Shown here: one piece after another, positions 58,412 through 64,000 of the stretch | Position numbering within the stretch: position 1 is the stretch's first letter | Layout of the letters: each line of letters begins with the position of its first letter | Assembly (NCBI GenBank): GCA_903895855.1 | Contig: CAITVN010000072.1 | Location: 67,932 to 131,931, forward strand | DNA from: Oligoflexia bacterium | GTDB taxonomy: Bacteria > Bdellovibrionota > UBA1018 | Direction of reading: 5' to 3' | DNA: 64,000 nucleotides | Translations under genes and position numbers: made by a program | Notes under the pieces: generated by a model | What the model was told of the DNA's origin: nothing | The model's input: the letters and a program-made list of their open reading frames with translations, nothing else | The model's database searches: none

Positions 58412-59809
58412 CTATTTTGTTTTGCATAGCTGAAACGCCAGTTCTAACGCCTGCGTGGCATTGAGCCTCGGATCACAGAGAGTCTCATACCCCCCAGCGG
58501 CCAAATTTTCTTCAGTGATCACTCGATCGCCTCCCAAACACTCAACCACATCTTTTCCGGTCAATTCAAAATGAACGCCGCCGGCGTAGGTACCTTCTGA
58601 TTCGTGCACTTCTTTGAATGCATTAACTTCACCCAAAATATGGGCAAATTTTCGTGTTTTATAGCCGTTAGAGGTAGTGATCGTGTTTCCGTGCATCGGA
58701 TCGCAACACCAGACCACAGACCTTCCCTCTTTTCTCACTCGGCGAATTAACTTAGGTAAAAATTTCTCCAAATTTTGGTGTCCCATGCGAGTGATTAAAG
58801 TCAAGCGCCCTGCTTCATTCTCAGGACTCAACACATCGATCAGTTTTATCAAGTCATCAGGAGTCATTGAAGGGCCACACTTTAAACCGATAGGATTTTT
58901 TACGCCCCTCAAGAACTCAATCTGCGCACTGTCGATGTCTCTTGTTCTCTCGCCAATCCACAAAAAATGAGCCGCACACGCGTACCAGTCACCCTCATAA
59001 CCATCTTGTAATCTAGCCGTTGTACTGTCTTGTCGCAAAAGTGCCTGTTCATAGGGCAAGAGCAACGCTTCATGCGATGTGAAAAACTCTACCACCCGAA
59101 TCTGTGCTGACGATTCACTCGTGATGCCGATGGCTTCCATGAATGCCAAAGTTTCATCTAACCTTTTCGCAATCGATTCGTAATTTGAGTTCTGAACACT
59201 TTTTTTGACAAAATCAAGATTCCACGCATGCACTTGATGCAAATCGGCGTAGCCACCTTGCGAAAAAGCGCGCAGCAAGTTGAGAGTCGACGCCGCCTGC
59301 GTGTAAGCCCGCAGCATTCTCTCAGGATCAGGCGTACGATCTTGCTTAGCAAAATCAAAACCGTTGATGATGTCACCTCGGTAAGAGGGCAAACTCAACT
59401 CACCGCGCACTTCCTGATCGTTCGACCGAGGCTTCGCGAACTGCCCCGCAACTCTTCCTAGTTTGATCACCGGCCGTTTCTCGCTTAGAGTCAGAATAGC
59501 AGCCATTTGTAACAAAATGCGAAACGTGTCGCGAATCGAGTTCGCCTTGAAATCTTGAAAACTTTCGGCGCAATCGCCCCCTTGCAGCAAGAACGCTTTT
59601 CCTTCAGATACCTGCGCCAGGCGACGTTTCAGAATTCTCGTCTCACCCGCAAAAACCAAAGGCGGATACCCGCCCAATGTCTTTTCTACTTGACTCAGTT
59701 TCTCTAAATTTGGGTATACTGGAAGCTGAATTTGTTTTTTTTGCCTCCAGGAATCTGGGGCCCACATTCTTGCCTGCGCCGACTTATCCTTTTCACGATC
59801 GCTGCTCAC
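58412..59809 (-). CDS. 3-deoxy-7-phosphoheptulonate (DAHP) synthase, class II
   Basis: 465 aa with the KLGRVAGQFAKPRS motif, typical of plant-like AroA(II). Confidence 0.9.
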   Translation of the reverse strand: MSSDREKDKSAQARMWAPDSWRQKKQIQLPVYPNLEKLSQVEKTLGGYPPLVFAGETRILKRRLAQVSEGKAFLLQGGDCAESFQDFKANSIRDTFRILLQMAAILTLSEKRPVIKLGRVAGQFAKPRSNDQEVRGELSLPSYRGDIINGFDFAKQDRTPDPERMLRAYTQAASTLNLLRAFSQGGYADLHQVHAWNLDFVKKSVQNSNYESIAKRLDETLAFMEAIGITSESSAQIRVVEFFTSHEALLLPYEQALLRQDSTTARLQDGYEGDWYACAAHFLWIGERTRDIDSAQIEFLRGVKNPIGLKCGPSMTPDDLIKLIDVLSPENEAGRLTLITRMGHQNLEKFLPKLIRRVRKEGRSVVWCCDPMHGNTITTSNGYKTRKFAHILGEVNAFKEVHESEGTYAGGVHFELTGKDVVECLGGDRVITEENLAAGGYETLCDPRLNATQALELAFQLCKTK

Positions 59810-60171
59810 TTTAACGCTCTCTTTCGATTTCTTTCAACCTTCACTTTTTCTAAAGGTATTTGCTTCTGAAAACGAACCGATTCATCATGCAAAACACCGA
59901 ACAGTTTTTCGACGCCCTCACCCTTGAGACTGAGTTGCTTACCCCAACGTTTTCTCACCCGCAAAATCTCAGCCAACCGATTTTTTTGAACCCATGCAAT
60001 CGAATGCGCTTGTTTGACTTTTCCAATCATGAGGACGACATTCATGCGGCATCTCACGAGCAAAAGAATCTTCTTATCAATCAGATCGATACGTTTTCTT
60101 AGTTTTTGAATCTTCGCCTGGGCCTTCGCATTCGCGGTGGGCTTCGGCTGATTATTTGCTCTTTTTGCCAT
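59806..60171 (-). CDS. chorismate mutase (AroQ class)
   Basis: 121 aa with LRKRIDLIDKKILLLV, an AroQ helix-1 signature. Position is between tyrA and the DAHP synthase gene. Confidence 0.6.
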   Translation of the reverse strand: MAKRANNQPKPTANAKAQAKIQKLRKRIDLIDKKILLLVRCRMNVVLMIGKVKQAHSIAWVQKNRLAEILRVRKRWGKQLSLKGEGVEKLFGVLHDESVRFQKQIPLEKVKVERNRKRALK

Positions 60172-61066
60172 TGATTGATTCCTTTACTTGGCTCCTTCGA
60201 CGGTCGTTTTTTTGCCCTTTTAGGTTATCCAAAACCTTGCGAATGCGATTAGCATTTTGCATCGTCGCCTGAAGATGGCCCGAATTTTTTGCCTTCAATA
60301 ATTTCCGAAACTGTTCAAGAGATTCTATATAAGCATCTATCGCACTCAAGACGGCCACCCGATTCTGAAGAAATATGGGGCTCCACATTTGAGGCGAACT
60401 CTTTGCGAGACGCACGGTTGATTCGAAACCACCACCCGCCAAATCAAAAATAGCGTTCACATTTTTTTCTTTCTCTAGAACGGTATTCGCCAAAACAAAC
60501 GAACTCACATGTGAAAGGTGTGACACGAATGCAACGTGATAATCGTGTTCTGAAGAAGCCATCGAAACGATTCTCATTTTGAGGCAATCATAAAAACTCT
60601 CTACCCGCTCAACGGCCCAAGCTTGACTCGACCAACGATCACAGATAACTGCTGTTTTCTGGTCAAAAAGACCTCTAATCGCTGCTGCCGGCCCCGAATT
60701 TTCAGTACCCGCCATCGGATGCGACGCCACATACTGTGACCTTCGTGGGTGCTCGATCACCGCCTTACAGATCTCTTGTTTAGTTGAACCGACGTCAGTC
60801 ACAACAGCGCGATCGCCCATTTGATCGAGAATCTTGGGCAAGAGTTTCAAGATCATGTCGACTGGCACCGCTAAAACAATGAGATCAGCGGAGTGAATGG
60901 CCCTTTTAAGAGAAAGCACCTGATCAACGAGTTTTAGTTTCTTAGCGAGTCTTGCGTTCGTGGGGTTTGAATCAAATCCGACAACCGAAGTAGCAAACTT
61001 TCTAGTTTTCAAATCAAGCGCAACTGAACCACCAATGAGGCCCAAACCGATAACTGCAACCTTCAC
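60152..61066 (-). CDS. tyrA: prephenate/arogenate dehydrogenase
   Basis: N-terminal NAD fold VAVIGLGLIGGS and TyrA catalytic-region residues. Confidence 0.85.
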   Translation of the reverse strand: MKVAVIGLGLIGGSVALDLKTRKFATSVVGFDSNPTNARLAKKLKLVDQVLSLKRAIHSADLIVLAVPVDMILKLLPKILDQMGDRAVVTDVGSTKQEICKAVIEHPRRSQYVASHPMAGTENSGPAAAIRGLFDQKTAVICDRWSSQAWAVERVESFYDCLKMRIVSMASSEHDYHVAFVSHLSHVSSFVLANTVLEKEKNVNAIFDLAGGGFESTVRLAKSSPQMWSPIFLQNRVAVLSAIDAYIESLEQFRKLLKAKNSGHLQATMQNANRIRKVLDNLKGQKNDRRRSQVKESINGKKSK

Positions 61067-62217
61067 CCTCGCCCCCTCACTCTTTGAGTCGCAAGCTCAA
61101 TGGTTTCGACCGACGCACAAAGAGAAGCCCGCACATAGCCCTCTCCTTGGCTACCGAAAATCACACCTGGAGTTAGAAGAATTCGGTACTTATTCAGCGT
61201 AGAGTCGACGAATTTTTGCGATTCTTGCGCAGGACACTTTGCCCAAACAAAGAGGCCCACTTGATCTGACTGCACCACACAGCCGAGCTCACTCAATAGT
61301 TCGAGCACTTTCGCTTTTCTTTGCCGATAAATTGCATTTCTTTGCTCATGCCACACACTTGAATTGGCCAGTGCTGAGACAGCAGCTTGCTGAATTGGCA
61401 AAAACATTCCCGAATCGATATTGCTTTTGACTTTCACAATCTGATTAATCACTTCAGCAGAAGAGAGAACCGCCCCCACTCGCCAGCCGGCCATATTAAA
61501 CGACTTACTTAAAGAGTTCAACTCAAGTGAATGCTTAAAACCAGAATCAAAACGCAATAGACTTAAGGGTTTTGTTCGGTTCAAAACCATTGAATAGGGA
61601 TTGTCATGACAAAGAAGAATGTCATTTTTCACCGCGAATTCTAAGCATTCTCGCAAGAGCCCCTCAGAGGCAGGAGCCCCAGTCGGCATGTGAGGATAGT
61701 TAATCCACATGAGTTTAACCCGCTTACTCATTTTCGATTGCAGAGCTTCGAAGTCAGGGTACCAGCCACTTTCTGCCTTCAAATCGTAGTGCAAGACTTC
61801 AGCGCCAGCGAGTTTGGCGGCTGAAGAATAGGCAAGGTATCCGGGATTCGGAACCAACACTTGATCACCTGGATTGGTGAAGGCCAATGTAGTGTAGAAG
61901 ATGCCCTCTTTCGAGCCCAAAAGCGGCAAAACCTCTGATTCAGGACGAACCCGCACGTCATAATGGCGATCATAGAACTCAGCAAATGCCCGCCGAAGTT
62001 CGAGACTAGAGCGATACGATGAGTAGCCATGAGCGCCCGGCTGACTCAAACCCTTCACGCACGAGTCAACGGTCTGCTCTGATGGACTCAAATCGGGGCT
62101 GCCAATTCCTAGACTGATCACCCTTTCGCCCGACTGGTTCAACAGTGCAATTTCTTCGAGTTTTCGTGAAAAATAATACTCGCCGACTTCTTGAAGCCGA
62201 TCAGCTGCTTTCACCAT
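61063..62217 (-). CDS. class I (aromatic/aspartate-type) aminotransferase
   Basis: 384 aa with PLP-fold motifs (NYPHMPTGA and the SLSKSF lysine region). Confidence 0.8.
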   Translation of the reverse strand: MVKAADRLQEVGEYYFSRKLEEIALLNQSGERVISLGIGSPDLSPSEQTVDSCVKGLSQPGAHGYSSYRSSLELRRAFAEFYDRHYDVRVRPESEVLPLLGSKEGIFYTTLAFTNPGDQVLVPNPGYLAYSSAAKLAGAEVLHYDLKAESGWYPDFEALQSKMSKRVKLMWINYPHMPTGAPASEGLLRECLEFAVKNDILLCHDNPYSMVLNRTKPLSLLRFDSGFKHSLELNSLSKSFNMAGWRVGAVLSSAEVINQIVKVKSNIDSGMFLPIQQAAVSALANSSVWHEQRNAIYRQRKAKVLELLSELGCVVQSDQVGLFVWAKCPAQESQKFVDSTLNKYRILLTPGVIFGSQGEGYVRASLCASVETIELATQRVRGRG

Positions 62218-62238
62218 TTTGTTCCAATTTTCAGCTGA

Positions 62239-63381
62239 CTACTTCTCAAGCTTCACCGCCTGGTTTCTTAACCAATGATCAAGAATCGTTATTGCCGCCA
62301 TCGCTTCAACAATGGGCACCGCTCGCGGCACCACACAAGGGTCATGCCGCCCCTTCGGCTTCACTATTGCTTTTTTTCCTTTGATGTCGACGGTCGATTG
62401 ACTTTTTAAGAGTGTCGCAACCGGTTTAAACGCCACTCGAAACTCAATTTGCATTCCATTGCTAATACCCCCTTGAATTCCGCCAGAGTGATTGGTCGAA
62501 GTGAGTGTTTTTGAACCGCGCTTTTTAGTCGTCTCCACAAAGAGGTCATTCTGCTGAGAACCGAACTCTTGGGCTGAGGCAAAGCCATCGCCATACTCAA
62601 ATCCTTTAACAGCGTTAATACTCAGCATGGCCTTGCCAAGGTCAGCGTGAAGTTTATCAAACACGGGCTCGCCTAATCCAACAGGGCACCCTCGAATGAT
62701 TCCGGTGACCACTCCTCCGATCGTATCACCACTTGCCTTGACCGTCTCAATGAGCTCGATCATTTGCTTGGCAACACTTTGATTCGGGCATCGCACGATA
62801 TTTTTCTCAATTTCACCGGCTGAATACCACTTTTTCGCATCGAGCATTTCGATTCGACCCACTTGTGATACATAGGCTTGAATTTCAACTCCGACCCGAG
62901 CCAAAACTTGCTTAGCGATAGACCCAGCAATCACCCGGGCTGCCGTTTCACGCGCCGACGACCTACCGCCGCCACGATGATCGCGGTGGCCGTATTTTTG
63001 CGAATAAGTGAAATCAGCGTGAGAGGGCCTGAAAACACTAGCCAGATTTGCATAGTCATTCGACCGATGGTCTTGATTGAGAACAATCGCCGCGATCGGC
63101 GCACCCGTGGTTTTTCCCTCAAACAGGCCAGATAACACCTTAACACTGTCAGCTTCATTTCTCTGAGTGGTGATGCGTGACTGCCCGGGCCGCCGCCTGT
63201 CAAGATCGTCTTGAATCAGTTGTATGCTCATTTCAATTCCGGACGGGCAACCATCAACGACAACTCCGATGGCCTCACCATGCGATTCGCCAAAGGTCGT
63301 TAGCCTAAACACCTGGCCAAAGCTATTTCCTGCCACGTTTTGATCCTTTCGAAGGTGCCGATAAGCGACTGAGTTTATCAA
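62239..63381 (-). CDS. aroC: chorismate synthase
   Basis: [18 protein letters not shown] signature. The ORF track's 5' extension overlaps aroQ by 59 nt, so the real start is probably a downstream GTG or ATG. Confidence 0.9.
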   Translation of the reverse strand: MINSVAYRHLRKDQNVAGNSFGQVFRLTTFGESHGEAIGVVVDGCPSGIEMSIQLIQDDLDRRRPGQSRITTQRNEADSVKVLSGLFEGKTTGAPIAAIVLNQDHRSNDYANLASVFRPSHADFTYSQKYGHRDHRGGGRSSARETAARVIAGSIAKQVLARVGVEIQAYVSQVGRIEMLDAKKWYSAGEIEKNIVRCPNQSVAKQMIELIETVKASGDTIGGVVTGIIRGCPVGLGEPVFDKLHADLGKAMLSINAVKGFEYGDGFASAQEFGSQQNDLFVETTKKRGSKTLTSTNHSGGIQGGISNGMQIEFRVAFKPVATLLKSQSTVDIKGKKAIVKPKGRHDPCVVPRAVPIVEAMAAITILDHWLRNQAVKLEK

Positions 63382-63787
63382 TTGCCTTCACATAAGAAAG
63401 CGCGCCGTAACCTGAAATCTGAGCCAAGCAGACCGGCGCGATTACTGAAATGCGTCGAAAGGGTTCTCTCTTCTTAATGTCGCTCAAATGCACTTCAACA
63501 ACCGGAATTTGTATCGCACTCACCGCATCGCGAAGAGCATACGAATAATGCGTGTAGGCACCCGGGTTAAAGACCACAGCATCTACCTTCTTTCGAACGC
63601 GATGAAGAATGTCGATCAGCTCGCCTTCTGAATTACTCTGCGCAGTCATGATCACAATTTTCAGACTTTTACCGTGCTCACTGACCACTCGATTGAGTTG
63701 TGATAAACTCAAGGTGCCATAAACATCTGGCTCTCGCTCGCCTAACAGATTCAGATTTGGGCCATGAAGCACTAAGATTCTTTTCAT
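63323..63787 (-). CDS. aroQ: 3-dehydroquinate dehydratase, type II
   Basis: 154 aa with an [14 protein letters not shown]-terminus. Confidence 0.9.
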   Translation of the reverse strand: MKRILVLHGPNLNLLGEREPDVYGTLSLSQLNRVVSEHGKSLKIVIMTAQSNSEGELIDILHRVRKKVDAVVFNPGAYTHYSYALRDAVSAIQIPVVEVHLSDIKKREPFRRISVIAPVCLAQISGYGALSYVKAIDKLSRLSAPSKGSKRGRK

Positions 63788-64000
63788 TGTTTTACCACCT
63801 TTGCGAGAGCCCTACGCAATTGAACCGGCGTTAAGCGCGAATCAGAAGACGCTTTTCCAATGCTACTCAGCAAAACAAAATGCAAACGACCTTTTCGAAT
63901 CTTCTTGTCATTCGCCATTACTGCCAAACATTCATCAATCGACAGTGCCGAGAGCTTTGGCACAGGTATCGCCCAGAGAACCCCCAAAACGCGAGCGGCC
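63784..64000 (-). CDS. aroB: 3-dehydroquinate synthase, C-terminal fragment (gene runs off window)
   Basis: The C-terminal sequence DKKIRKGRLHFVLLSSIGKA resembles the AroB tail. No start codon lies in the window. Confidence 0.55.
   Translation of the reverse strand, partial: AARVLGVLWAIPVPKLSALSIDECLAVMANDKKIRKGRLHFVLLSSIGKASSDSRLTPVQLRRALAKVVKQ

Overview
This 64-kb chromosomal window codes mostly on the minus strand. It has about 48% GC and no rRNA, tRNA, CRISPR array or transposase/integrase. The flagellar genes, the short (277-aa) flagellin, the multiple sigma54 activators, the HD-GYP protein, the LysM protein and the Tad-like secretin/ATPase pair are consistent with a Bdellovibrio-like or other delta-proteobacterial genome. 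I cannot show that taxonomic placement from sequence alone. Start positions shared with the ORF track follow the track's frame and coordinates, with start codons I checked against the printed sequence. Coordinates of features that are not ORFs were read off the printed lines and may be off by 1-2 nt.

Content from start to end:

1. 31-10387, minus strand: a contiguous flagellar block in transcription order TPR protein, REC-less sigma54 activator, flgB, flgC, fliE, fliF, fliG, fliH, fliI.
2. 10510-13750, plus strand: a lipoprotein gene followed by mlaE, mlaF and mlaD.
3. 13752-16205, minus strand: an 817-aa secreted protein with Gly- and Pro/Thr-rich low-complexity tails.
4. 16296-30691, minus strand: about 14 kb in the order REC-less sigma54 activator, CE13-like acetylesterase, CE4 deacetylase, hoxFUYH (NAD-linked bidirectional [NiFe]-hydrogenase), hoxW protease, hypA, hypB, hypF, hypC, hypD, hypE. 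HypA here lacks its zinc-finger half.
5. 30851-32935: an outer-membrane protein gene and metK.
6. 33373-38597: a minimal secretin (CpaC-like) plus CpaF-like ATPase module with unrelated neighbouring genes.
7. 38598-38909: a GC-rich structured intergenic region. A 23-nt core from it is repeated after the cpoB-like/LysM gene pair (39190-42026).
8. 42177-47697: rdgB, dprA, topA and an HD-GYP protein.
9. 47711-54821: two uncharacterised envelope proteins next to a sigma54 NtrC-type two-component system.
10. 55404-58107: a GT2 glycosyltransferase, a lipoprotein and the flagellin gene. The flagellin gene has a clear sigma28 promoter, with an 11-bp phased AT-rich tandem array upstream of it.
11. 58412-64000: an aromatic amino-acid operon, aroB' (partial), aroQ, aroC, aminotransferase, tyrA, chorismate mutase, class II DAHP synthase.
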